Of a stretch of DNA of 64,000 bases, positions 25,605 to 39,600 are shown piece after piece. Made by a program: the position numbers and the translations under genes. The stretch is from Trichinella spiralis (lineage: Eukaryota). Below the pieces are notes generated by a model, which did no database searches, had not been told where the DNA came from, and saw nothing but the letters and a program-made list of their open reading frames with translations. The first letter of the stretch is position 1. Each line of letters opens with the position of its first letter. The stretch spans positions 3,768,108-3,832,107 of the forward strand of contig NW_003526945.1 in NCBI RefSeq assembly GCF_000181795.1. The letters are read 5' to 3'.

Positions 25605-28600
25605 ATGTCCACTACTGTTGGGAGTCAATTTTTGCTCATTCTTCTACTGGGATAGGGGTGGGAATTTGGGTGGGTTTTTTCTAACCGGTTGCTTTTTCCC
25701 CACACCGCTGGTGTGAGTTGAAATCCAACACCGTATATCGTGTTCTCTTGAACGGAATGCGGATGAAATTTTTTTTTGGTTTTTGTTCCTTTTGCTGGTG
25801 ATCTATCTCCCCGATCAGAGTAGCTTTATTGCAGTGATGCAACTGCGATTTATTCAAAGCACTTCGTCAAAGAGGGAAACGAACGCGACTGTTTTTTTTA
25901 ATTTCAAATAAAATTACATCTGCCTTTCAGGTCAATTTTTGTTCGTTTGCTAATTTGCTACAGCTGTAGCTAACTTAACAAAAAATGACAATGAATGAAT
26001 TGTGTACCAGCTCGATAATCGTGATACTTAAACAATCTTTTTTATTAGTATAATTTCACGCTTTTAAATGACATTATACAGTATTGTTATATTGCAAACG
26101 TAATGTTATTTCAGTGCGACTGAGCAGCTTTAATTTCAAAACAAACTGTGCTGTGTCTATTTATTTTTCAATGCATATTTATTTATTTTAAGAAACTTTC
26201 ATGAATGAAAAAGTTAGTACAATTTGTTTTCCATCCGCGACATCGTCATTGGGAAGATTCACGAAATGATCAGAAATGTTTATTTTATAGCTCAAGCATT
26301 AGTGCATTAATTTGCGAGCGCTGCATTTTTGAAATTGATAGCAGGAAAATTATTTTGTATCATTTTATCCGTAACATTTCCCTTGAAATAGTCCTATTTA
26401 TATTTAGTGCTGTGCGAAAATTGTAATTACCTTTTATCGATATCAAAAAGTTTTCACAACGCAGAGTGGCAACAGGAAAAAAGAGAACAAAATAATACAT
26501 CCGTTAATAAAGAAAGCATTATTATCAGTAAAGTAAGTAAACATTTTAAAATAATAATTTAAAAGAAATGGAAATTGTTATATTTCTAAAAATATGAAAG
26601 AAGTGAAAATGGCTCTTTTAAGATTAAGTACTCTTAGAAATAAATCTTCTGGATTTTACAAATTCACTTTGCAAAAATAGGCGATGATGGTAGATGATAT
26701 ATAAATTTAAATTTTATTGAAAGCTTCTAAGCAGTAGACGTGCTCCGTCTTGCTTAGCTTTGATTGTTTGATTAGCTGTTGCGAAAATGTCTGTTCGCAT
26801 CAGAAAAGCGTTGTGGAAGCTAATTTGGTCAACGTTCATTTCAACACTGGCAAAAGATGTTTGCCCAAAGCGGTTAACTGAGTTTTGCTAATTGGACTAT
26901 TTGGCTTGTTGTTGGGCAAACTGAAGCTTTTTTAACAAGTCAATATGCTCTTTAGTTGGAGAATTAATTGGCGACCAGTAGTTGGTCAGTTCTAGCTAAA
27001 GCGAATTATTGTGCTGAATATTTTACTTTCTCTGTTTGTGAAATTCACAATGAAATAGATTCGATTTTTATTGGAGCTATTTATTATTTTTAAAGAAAAA
27101 AATTCATTCAACGCCCAGGTGTTCTGAAGGAAAAGTGTCATTCTAATAAAATTGGATTATTTATTTAAAATTCACTTCAGCCTATGAGCAACATACGGTG
27201 GGTTGATAAGCATTTTACTAATAGACAAGCTCGATTTCATAATTTCCCTAATAGCAGCACATCAATTTCAAATATTCCGTTTTTTCTTTGAAATGCTCCA
27301 AGCGTCATCTGAGAATATTCATTTAATTAACGCTGACTGTGAACCATTCATTGCCTCTGACAGCAACTACTAAACTGAATAAAGCACTGAAATTGTACAA
27401 ATGTCCTTTAAAACCTCTGGTCTTATTTTATTTATGCAATTTCTCACTTTCACCATGAGCACTGTTGAAAACAATTATCAAAGAATAGAAGTATTGAATT
27501 TTTCTTTCTCGTTCTTTGTTATTTAATTTTTCGTGTAAATATCTCTGATAAAATTATTAATCTGTATATCGCTTAACGTGATATTGATTGTCATACGCAA
27601 TAAGTAGACACTTTATTGTTTCAAATAACCAGCTTACAAGGAATTCTACAAGCACACACACACACACAACAAAACACATTCTTTCTCAACACATTTATCA
27701 ATTACTAATAATTATTAATTGTCAAGTGACTTGATCTTGAATAACATTAATTTCACTGTATTTCACTGAACTGTATTTCTGCTCTGTTACTGTATTTCAT
27801 TTGAGTGCTGAACATTTATGCAAATTTTCTTACCAGTATCCGTTAAGTCAATACGAAATGTTAAATGCAGTTGAATAATTTAATTCTATGGAAAACTGCC
27901 AATTATTTCAAAACAATTTTCAATATTTACAGACGCACGAGTAAAACAGTAAAAGCTAGAGTTCCCTTTTTGTAAATGAGAATTTTCAATACTACGAATA
28001 AGACAATTTCTCGTGGTGATGAAGTTTGGTAAAACATCAAACAACGGCCATTGTTGAATTGCATTATAATATTTGAGAAGCTTTTTTCAATATTCTTAAT
28101 TTTTAATTATGATGATAACCTTATTATTGTTGCATTTTTTCAAAACAACTTTTTGAAACATTGATAATAATTGTGATCAAGTAAAAGATTACTTTAACAA
28201 CCGACAAGAAAAGAAAGCAACTTACTTTGGTGACGAGTTGCTAGTTTGTAGTAGTGGAATTATGGAAAATTGTTGCTTGCTTGCACTGTTGCCACTTTTG
28301 TTGCCAATGCATGTTCTTGTTGCGTGTTTTTGTTCTGTCATTTGTTATTGCAAAGCTTTTCCACAGGTAAGCCTGTGCGCTGTGCTGTGTTGCTCGAAAA
28401 ATATGGTCAATTAGTAATTTTCTTCTTCCCATCTTATTACTCATTATCTTCACATATTTGGATCAAGTGTGCACTTATCATTTTCTAATCAAAATGCAAC
28501 GTTCAATAGGCCTACTAAAACAAACAAAGTCGGTTTGTATTTGCTAATCAAATTTGCATACGCGTGCTTAAATGAAACATTTTCAATAATTCAATTTTGA

Positions 28601-28775
28601 AACAAAATAAGCGAAAACGAATGTCATTTTTATTTTGAAATATAATTTAAAAAATAAAAAGAAAAATTCAATAGAAATATTATTAAAGAGAAATTTCATC
28701 AATGTTGCTTTCAAAAGTTGCATAATGGGATGATCATTTCAAGTTGAACAGTTGGATAATTGTTCATTATTCTGA

Positions 28776-28777
<2 letters not shown>

Positions 28778-28807
<30 letters not shown>

Positions 28808-28858
28808 GTTAAATGTGTAATATTGGATAGTGCATTTACGTATGCGCTTATACATATA

Positions 28859-28905
<47 letters not shown>
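28778..28905. repeat. Compound microsatellite (ATT)n and (AT)n
   Basis: Tandem repeats visible directly. Confidence 0.95.
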
Positions 28906-29533
28906 TTCTTTGAATAGAAAAATCGATCACATTATTGAGTGCTAATTTTAGTATAGTTAAAGTTGAAATGCTTTTGTTGAAGTGCAACGTTGAAGTGGGG
29001 CAGATGGAGGGCCGGAAAAAATATTCGTAAAGTCAGTGAACAAGCAAATCAACAAGAGGCTAATGGTTAAGGTCTTTTGCATTTGAATCACAGAACAATA
29101 GAGGTGCAAATTGATCTTAGTACTTTGTCAGAGCGAAGTTGATGAATCTCAAGAGTACATAACGGCTGTTTGGTGTCTGTCCACTGTGCGTTCATTGATT
29201 TGATCTTCTGATTCGGCTGTCGTACGAATTTCAATTATATGAAAATTTCCACACACACGGTATTGATTGAACAATTTTAGCTGTATATAGTATCACTGTG
29301 AATAAAAATAAAAATAATAATCATAACAATGCATGAACATTATTTGAAAAACTTTTACGTGGTCAATATGAATTTCAAAATGGTTTTTATTTCAATCAGT
29401 CGCGTATTAAATTTATTTTCTGCGTGATCTCGTTCCAGTCGCTTTCCAATAGCCAATAAGAAATGAGGTGAAATAATGAAAGTGATTTTGAACCAAAATT
29501 TAAAATCAGCTTCATTGAATACTTTAGCCAGCA

Positions 29534-31243
29534 ATGACCGAACGAAACAACGAACCGAAATCCGTGCCGGATGTGGTGTTGGATTTTGAACAGCACATTG
29601 GCATCAAACTTCCGGAATATTTTCGGACAGAATTTTACGTAAACCGTTGGCGTACAGGTTGGAAAAACGACTGGAATCACATCAAGCAACTGATCAAAAG
29701 TTATCTCACGAACCGCACCGCTGCTGGACTGGACGATCCAGAACTGATCGAAAAGTGGATTGAACTACCCTGCGTTGCCCGCATGCTCCCCTACATGCGC
29801 ATGTCCATTCGACCAATGCAAATTAATCATACAGACAATTCCATCACTGTAATCATCATGCTTGGCAATATCCAATTTAACAAACTGCCATTTGTCGCCA
29901 CTTCTCGTGATCTGACTATGTTCTATTTTGCCACTGGCGAGTATATTTTACGGGTACATATATTATTATTATTATTTGTTGCACTAATTTTATAAATCGA
30001 ATTTATATTCTAGCAAGTGCTTCAACAGGAACGTTTGACAAATGTTCAATCAGGTGTTACCCTTGTATACGACTTGTCCGGTTTGAACGTGATGGACTAT
30101 GCGAATCCTTATTCACCGATCATGCAGATGTTTTCAGTAGGCGCCGCGCTAATTCAAGAATATTACTGCGATCTACTTAATGGACTTTATTTGCTAAACG
30201 CTGGAACGTTCGTCAAAGTAGCCGTACAAATTATGAAAAGGGTTCTAGTACCTCGCACTCTGGGCAAGGTAAACATATCCCAAATTCAACACATCACTTG
30301 CACTGATGTAATTGAATTTTTGTCAAATGGGAAAATTTCGATAAAAATTTCATATCATTAATAAATGATCTTGAATGTTTGTTAACAACGTTGAAGAATA
30401 TGGAAAAAGAATTGTAGAAAAAATTTTTACAGTAGTGGAAATTGAGTAAAATATGGTAATCCTATTATTATCAAATATATAAATGAATTAGATCAGTGGT
30501 CGAGTGGTTGTCCATTTACTTGTTATCTTGATTACAATAGGATCAATTTCAATTCCTGTTGGAGTTTGAAAATTTTCTCGACAAATTATTTTTGCATACA
30601 ACAACGAGAAAAGCTATTCATTAAAGTTGCAATTTTTAACGACATAAACTTCTCCTTTTGCAGGTTCACATTATCAGTGGAAATGAAACTTCTTGCAAAT
30701 TATTGCAAAAAGTTTCCAAAAATGTAGTTCCAGTGGCATTCGGTGGCGAATGGACAGAGACAAATCCACAAGTCCATCGCACCAACTGTTGCACGCTGAA
30801 TAAGGCACTTCCTGACTCACCACTCCGCAAGGTGCTTTCGTTGCCCGACAGAACGTTAATTAGCATCAAAGCTCAGAATGACCATTCGATTATTATTAAA
30901 ACCGAAGCAAAACAGACAATACTTTGGCAATTGGTCACTTCTGGAAAAATTGAATTTTCCATTGTTCACCAACTTGGTGACTCTACAGACGACGGTACAA
31001 TTCCACTTGTCCATACTAAATATATTTCTGTTTTAAAAACAAAAAAAATCTGCTTTTCTAGAGGACGTTGTTTACGTGATTCCGCGCTTGAAAATTGTCA
31101 CACCACTGGGTTCAGCAATGCCGGACCATGGAAAAGTGGAATTAAATCATCCCGGACAGTGCATCTTTTACTTTCGCAACGTTTCGTCGACTTTTTTTCG
31201 AGTCCGCATAGATTTCGCCTATGCCCTGTGCAAAAATAAATAA
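29534..31243 (+). CDS. CRAL-TRIO (Sec14-like) plus GOLD domain lipid-binding protein (395 aa, exons 29534-29953, 30014-30268, 30664-30994, 31062-31243)
   Basis: CRAL-TRIO core SGVTLVYDLSGL...IQEYYCDLLNGLYLLNAG...LVPRTLGKVHII...VPVAFGG. GOLD-like C-terminus ILWQLVTSGKIEFSI...VIPRLKI...PDHGKVELNHPGQCIFYFRN. Introns are phase-consistent. Confidence 0.85.
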
Positions 31244-34200
31244 TCACCGCCATTGTAGCCACCATGCTTCTTTGATAAAAAAAATAAAAGAACTTTTCCT
31301 AAAACAAATACTAAACGATTCTTTCATTGAAGGAAAAATTCATTCAAAATTATTCTCAAATAAATTTATTCTTTTCTTACTTTCAACCAAGCATACACCT
31401 CATTTATGCACACACGATACAAACGACATGCTGTAGATTGTTTTTTCCTCTTTAATTCTTACCTACTGATCAATATCTTCTCTTTCAATCGACAACTTGA
31501 CTTTTGTTCACTTTCAGCATTCAATTTTTTCACATTGTTCTGATTAAATTACAAATATTAATAATCAACTATTTTTAACTTTGTTTGATCTGACATGTAG
31601 TCTTTTTTGATGCTTAAAAATTTTAATAATGCACAATGCTAGTTAAGGCGAACGATTCTGAATGATTCAACTAAAAGTTGCAACAGAATTTTAAAAGGCG
31701 ATTCTGATTATTATTGCCATCGTATAATTATGTGATAATTAAGCAACGTGATATTTATAACTTAATCGACAATTTAATAATCAAACATGTTTATGTGCAT
31801 TCAATTTATCTTGCAATGCTTTTATTCAGAAAAGGGAAAATTTTTAACATAAACATTATAAAGGATAAATAAGATATGTTGTGGATGTGAAGGAAACATT
31901 AATAAACTTTAAAGCGACGTAATTTTAAAGTTTTATAATATGAAGCAAAATGCAAACTTCAAAAAATAACATTGTAAAATTTAACAAAAATGAATTCATC
32001 GTTAAATACAGTTTACAAAAAAAGGTGATTTAGTTTTCATAGCTGTATAGCTTATTATTCCTGAAAATTGAATTTAAAGACAAATCACTTCAATACAAAT
32101 TTTGAAATGGATTGAAACAACAGTTATAAAATTATTAATGTTACTTTTTCCCAAAAATTAAACTGATTGCGTACAGTATTTTTTACTTACTGTAAAATAT
32201 TTTATTTACTAATTTACTGATGCCTTAAATTGAGTGACACTTTCATTAAAAATGAATACTTTCAATAAACTCATAAAATTCAATTTTATAATTACATTAT
32301 ATTTTTTGATTTTCTAAAAAAAGTCGTTATCTTTTATTTAAATGTTTTATTTTTTTATTTGCATTTACTCAAGATGGTATTAATTAAGTGCAATTTTAAA
32401 TCTTTAATTTAAAAGAGTACGACACAATCTTTTGTATACGGTAAAAGTATACGAAACACTTTTTAAATATTAAAAGGATGAAAAATTATTTAAATTTCGA
32501 AAGCAGTGTTTACTATTTTTAGATGCTCTTTTAAAAAAGTGCTTGTCATCCAGGTTGATGTAGGTTTTCATACGTGGCAAGCATGCTTGAGCGTTCTGCT
32601 TTGCATGGCAATTTAAAATCAATTAACATAATTTCAAATGACATTCACATCACCTATTAATAAACTTCATGTCAAATGCTGCCTTTTTTCTATATGTTCA
32701 TGAAAAGATTATACTCTGTTTTAGAGATAAGCTTTTGTACATTTATTAAAATCAATAATAAAACACGCGAAGCAAAAATTTTTCAGTTCACTGTTGCAAA
32801 TCTGCTCAGTTATTCTAATTAAAAACTAAATAATGCAACTATTTTATTCATCATCATAATGCAGACAGAACAAGTTCAAAAGCCATAATTTGTTAAATTA
32901 ACTAAAATTATATTCTATTATCTTATCTTATCTTATCTTATTTTATGTAAATTTTCATGCTATTATATAAATAAAAAAGGAAATGAATTTTCTTGCACAG
33001 GTTAAATTTGTTCAATTGCTGCTTATTATCGTTTCTCATTTACTCACGTTGAACATTACTTAATAAAAGCAATACAAAACAAGATTTATTTTACAATGTT
33101 TTAGCCAAAATATTTTTCATTAATTCTATTAATAATTATGGTGATATATAAAATATTACAATAAAAACAGTCGGCTGATAGACAGGGGACAACGTGTTTT
33201 GTATTCGAATATTGTAACTTTGCCCATGAATGTATATTTTTACAGTTCGTTCAATTTAATTAAAATTAATTTATCTGATTAATGTATTTGAACAGAAGGA
33301 AAAGCTTAACGCAACTCCAATACAGCAAAGTTTATTAACAAAGCTATATTCATTTGCAACAAAAAAAAGAATCATTTTCAACAGTGGGAAAAGCATCTCT
33401 ATTGCATGGCTTAGCAATGTAGCCAAAATAATAATAGCAGAACAATTTATCATGTTTCTCATAGTATAATATTTGAATACAGATACAGAATTTGTATATC
33501 TTTCAGTTTAATTGAGAAATTTTCAAAAAATGAAAAAATATTTTGTATAAGAAATATGAATGCCATTTTTGTAACAGCCGCAGAATAGAAGAGACAACAG
33601 GAGACGGTCGACTTAGTTGCAATGTTATTTTTCTTTTCAAAATTAATGTGGCCACTTTTGTTATCTCTACATCTGTGAGACAGAGTAAAATTTGGTAAAA
33701 GTAAAGTCAACTTCTCTTGTAATATGATTTCAAGGTGATCTACTGTTTTGAATACTATCTGATCACGGTAGTGATGTGTTCTTCTTCACTAAATTGCGCA
33801 AGTGAGCATGACCAGTTTATTTCAACATATTTTGTACAATTCCAATTGACAAGCATCAATCTTTAGTAAAAATTTAGCTGAAGCTCGTTTTTACTTTAAT
33901 AATTTTATTTGGTTTGTTTTTTGATGCAAAGAATGCAAAATTTTCTTAAAATTTTAAATAATTTCAAGTGTGAAATTTAACTTTTATTTTGATTGTTATT
34001 TCATATAAATAATGGAAATGCTTTGAATCAAGTTTGTAAAATTTGAATAATTTAAATAAAGGACAATAAATAAGCTTCAACTATGAAATTTCAAAGTTAA
34101 AAAGAAAGTTGCAAAATAAGCATGAGCAGGTGTTGTGCGTTGGTGAGTTTGAATAGAAGAAGAAGAAGAAGATAAAGAGAGAAGATTGAAAGTGATAAAA

Positions 34201-36641
34201 TTTGAAATATTGGTTTTGTATTTTATTGAAAGCTGTTTCAATTTGAAAAAGCTTGGTCGTCAAGAATTGGTCCAGCAAAAAGGTGCAGCTTACTTTCAGC
34301 TCTTCTCAAAAGATGGATGAATTGTGATGCTCTCAAATGTGACAATTGCTGTTTTTCATCTCTTTTGGCGGAATCTCTTCCATCAGATCACTTTTGTCGA
34401 CAAGCCAGCGGCTCTGTTATTAATGTATATAGCATGTGTTTTGTCTTTATTATGTGGTTTTTTTTCAACTTCAGCTTAACTGAGTAAAGCTTATTAAAAG
34501 TTGAATTATTAGGCAAAGCTTTGAATGAACCAAAAAATGGAGAATACATAAGCGACAATGCTGCATAAATCGAATGCTGTCTAGTCGACCAGCCGGAAAG
34601 CATCGACGGAATGGAAGCATAAAAAAATTAATATAAAATAATAAAAGCTGTCCAGTTAACGTGGCAGCTAATGGAGCGAGTCGATTAGCCGCTGAACGCT
34701 AGTCAGCCAAAATTTTCTACTCATTTCTTGATCTGCTTTTTCCGCTTCTGCATAGTGGTCGCGCTTTTTGTCTGCTGCTTGGTTCAACTTGCTGTTTCAT
34801 CATCATCATCATCATCATTATTCTCTTTTTTAAAGCTTTCATCAAACTTTGCTCTTCAACTTGTCATAATTATTCATTCACTTTTCCTCATTCAGGTAAG
34901 TAAGTAAGTAAGTTGGTAATATTTTTTTCTTTCTTTTTTGTTTGTTTGTTTGTTTACCATTGCATATTCAAAAAACAAAAGCATATTTATTAATTCAACA
35001 TTTCAATCATTGATACGAAAGATAAATTTAAATATTAAGCAATTGAAAATGGTTGACCACCATCTCAACTTTGTGCAAATTAATTACAAAATTTCATATA
35101 TGCATATTTTATTTATGTATGTTGTCTTGAAAAAAGAAATATTTCGACCTTGACAATTATCGCAGCAGTAGCAATGATGACGTTTACCAACTTATACATA
35201 TTATTAGAGCACATTCAAATAAATGATGCACAAAGCAAACGTTGACGTTTTTGTCAATATTCTGGCACAGTTATTACACTATTAAAAATATACTAGAAAT
35301 TTTTCCAGGCAATGCATTTATTTTGTTGCATGAGAAATGAGCAATTTTCGCTGATGATCAGCTGCTTGAAATTGAATGAAAATACTTTCATTCAGCACAA
35401 ACAACTACAACATCAACAAGCAACAATTTCAACACAAATCAACAATTTTGCTAGCAAATTTTCACAACTTGATAACAGATCACCTAGCAAATATTGCTTT
35501 TCAATGTATATAGTGGACAATAAGTTGATTGAACTGTTGTACCATGTTTATAGAAATTCATATTCACCAGAAAAAGAAAAATGCATGGAAAATTTAAATT
35601 TATTCATTTTTAAATAAAAAACAGAAAATAATAATAAAAAATTACTGCTTGCTTTTTGATCTGTTGTGTGATGAGTTGGGAGGAAGAGAGAAATCGATCT
35701 GTTGATAACTGGGATTCTCTGTTATTTCTTACTTTCTCAAAGTGAAGCTTTCACTTTAGTCAATAAATGAGGGAGGTCATTAATGATGCGAAGTTAAAAA
35801 TCACATTGCAAAATAATAAAAATATTTTCCATTTTCTGCTTCTAACTGCATGAAATTGAATTTTTTGAAATTCATGTTACTATTTGATGTACATTTTCTG
35901 TATGCAGGGTTGAAGGCTGCATATTGAAGATTTGAAGTTGTCACAATTTTTCCAACACGACTGCAAAATCATTTTATACAGCGACAGACAGCTGCACTCG
36001 GACGCCAGTGACCATCTTCTTTTAAACTCGACCACAGAGATGAGCCATAATTTGATTAAGAATGCGACTAAACGGATTTTCTGAACGTCAGCAATTTCCT
36101 GAAACTTTCAATTTTGCTTGCTTGATTTTCAAACATCACTTTTCAAAATAGCCAAGAGTCATTGAAAAGATGAAAAACAAGCAGAATAATTGAAAAATTA
36201 ATAAGCAACCTGTTAATATTGTTGTTTTCATTTTCTTTTCCTATGGGCAAGCAATGTGATTAATTGCAGCCGGGCATTGCTGCTATCTATAGTCATCGTA
36301 CGAAACTATTTCAACTATTGTAATTTGAAAAGAAAATTTTATGCAAAATTTCAAATATATATATATATAATCAATTCAAAGTTATTTTTAAAGAGCTAAA
36401 AATAATTTGAAGTTTTACAAATTTTTTAAAATTGCAGCTGCTGCACACAGTTGCTACGTGGGGTGAGCAAAAATTGTATCAATCAAATAAGTGGAAATGT
36501 GCAGTGAATTGAAAAGTGGGGAAATAGTAAATTAATATATGCGGACAAAGTGTTGGCCGACAAAATGCTTCTTGCCATTTCTTTCGTCACGACGGCAGGC
36601 TTTTCTAATCGCCCGTGCACTAAGCACAGCTTAGCATAGCC

Positions 36642-36672
<31 letters not shown>

Positions 36673-39600
36673 CCTCTCACTCTTTCTCTCTCTTTGTGTT
36701 CAACTGCATCGATTTCTTAGCCAACTGGCCGATGATGATTCATTGGCATTTTTCTTTTCTCTGAAATTACGGTGCTTTTTAAAATGGCATTTTTAAACAA
36801 CTAATCAATAATAAATAACAAAATCGAAGATTATGCTTTCACAAAGAAACCTTCTCTTATGCTTTTCCACAAACCAGTGCTTAGGCAAAATTGCCGAAAA
36901 AACAGCACATTTATTTATCCACGGTTTGATGCGGAAACACAGAAGCGCATATTTTACCTGTTTTACGTTGATAATTATGCTTATAAAAAATCCAGTAAGT
37001 TTATTTATCTATTTGAAGAAAATAATAACTAGCAGTTGAAAAACTGAATTGATTGAAACTAATTTAAAATAAATTTAATCAATTGTCAGTGATAAATACT
37101 CTCCCTCTCGCTCTCTCTCCCATATGTTGAATTTGAACTTTTTTTGAATAAATCTTAGAAAAAATGGTTTTTATTAGCTTTATTCTTGACTCAGTGGTAA
37201 CAAAAACAGACTTTTTGATTCAGCTGACTTTATATTCAGTGTTTGCTGTAAGAAAAATCAATTTGTCGTTAATTTAGAGCAAGTTAAAAATACATATGCG
37301 TTTCCATACCAAAAGTTTATAATGTTTCATTTATTCCATCACAAATAATTCCACGAGCGCAAATACAGAGCTGTTTTTCTTCTACTCATATTTCGAAAGC
37401 TATTTGGTCCAACTATGCACTGCCTTTACATATAATACGTGCAATTATCACTGAACGTTCATCTATTAATTTGCATTTTGCAATCCTTTACAAAGTTAAA
37501 ACTACCCCTCCTAGTAACATATTTGCCATTTGTTTTCTTCTAATTATTACAAATTGTTCTTCAAGAAATAATACTCTTGTGAACACACATTTGTATGTAA
37601 ATGCTATAGTGTAAAATTTTCAAACTTTTGAATCACACCTTTATATCGGATAAGATTTAGAAAATTAATCCTTTCGGTAACCTGACTTTCACAAAAAATA
37701 CCGTATCATTTTTTTGTTCTTTAAAAAACGCTTTGTTTTTTTAAATAAAAAAACATGTTGTTTCGATGTTATTTTCGTATTTTGATTGAACTTGGGCGGA
37801 TAATCGCGAGAAAAATTGTTTTGTAAAAATTAACAGTAAATGCAGTGCAAAAGTGCCAGTTGGAATATGCAAATCGACCGGCTTTCCAACGTTATTTTGC
37901 CAACTTTATGAATTAGAAAGATGGGGTTTTTTCTCCTTTTCTTTTTATCATCTCATATCTCTGCTTGATGCAGATGACCTTACTGTATGCATTTTGCGGT
38001 GACCTTCTTTTCGAAGATTAACTGCTCTTGTCCAGAGCTGTCAGTGGTGACTGGCTTCAGTGTCACACTTATTTTGTATAAAGATACAGTCTTTTTCTTG
38101 TTCAAAAACAAACCCATCCACCGTTTCAATCGCTTCTTTGCTAAAGTTGACGCGCTGCGCTTTTTCACTTCACCGGACCGGACCACACTTTTTGTTTGCT
38201 TGCTTTTCCCCCTTCATCCCAATTATACAAGCAACAAGTAATCAGTTGTTTTGTTTTTTGCTTCTTCAATGAAAGTATCAGCTGTAATTTTGCCCAGTTG
38301 GAGAATTGTTCGAATATCTTTTCAATTTATATTGCCAATGCTATTTGTCTTCTTCTTCTTCTTCTTTTTCTTCATCTTTTTTTGCTTAACTCTAATATCT
38401 AGCTACTACCGCTGTATAATGCTGCGTTATTCAGATGTAACGACAGTTCTGATTTCTTTGTGTGTGTAGCTTTAGGAGAGAATTGTAGCGGTTGCTTTTG
38501 CCCACTTCAACAGAATAAGCAAAATTTAAATAAAAACAATCAAATTGTTGAATCCTTTTTTCCTGTGCAAAATATATCAACGCAACATGCTGTTGAAAAA
38601 ACTTCGTAATTGATAATTTGATACTTCTGTGCGTTGTTTCATGTGTTTGAGGTGTATTCTTTCTTTTGATAATAATGGCAATCCGAGAGTATACACTTTC
38701 ACTGGCAATGAGTATATATTTCAGAATTGTCATCAAATTGTAGTCTCAACAGATAGTTTACAATGTATATTATAACAGCGATTGCATTTGTGTAGATAAA
38801 AAATGAACTGCTATTTTTTGAACTAAATGATGAAACTTAATCTCAGATAGTCAGAAAGGGTGTAAAAATGCAATTTGAAAAATAGATATCTGGGCGTATA
38901 AATTGTGTTGCATTTTTTCACGGCAGAAGTTGTTCACATTTCACAAGAGCGTTTTCACTTCAATTCCAACATCAGCGTGAGTGATCACGATAGAGAATTA
39001 TTATAATATAATTTGGCGCGTTGTTATATATTTTAAAGGAGAAATGTTCGACGAATGTCGACTGCAATAGGCGTATGTTCTTCACTAGACAATCATTTCT
39101 TTTCATCAAACGTGTCAGCACGACAGCCATTTTTCATCCGGCAATCTTCCTTTTGTTCAGCGCGCGTTTGGATTTTTTCTTCGAGTATTCCATCTTCAAA
39201 ATTGTGTGTTTCATAACTACAATCTTTCAAATTATGATTGACATATGAAACAATCCATCTGTCCGCAAGCCGCCAGACGGGAGAAGTGCTTGCGCTCTAT
39301 ATTCCGATAATATCTACTAGTTGGAGGGGGAAAAGGTAGAAACTGGTCGCCAACAGATGCGCTACCGCCGGCCGGAACACTTTTATCCGTCCTTTCGTTT
39401 GAAATGTGCATGCAGCTTTACGCTTGTTGGTTAATTTTTTTGGCTTTTGTTGTTCACAGCGAACATATATCTATCTTTTCCTGCCTTGGTAAAAGTCCAA
39501 TCACCAGTGTAAACAGTTGGCGACGTTTTATTATGAAATTGACTCCGCTTGGCTTTGATTAATTGGAAGAGCCCCAACAACACAAGCATCTATCTTTTAT

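Noticed and set aside
28739..28987. ORFs with IYIY/NNNN runs (similar ones at 44850-45146 and 47604-47855)
   Set aside because: Translations of microsatellites.
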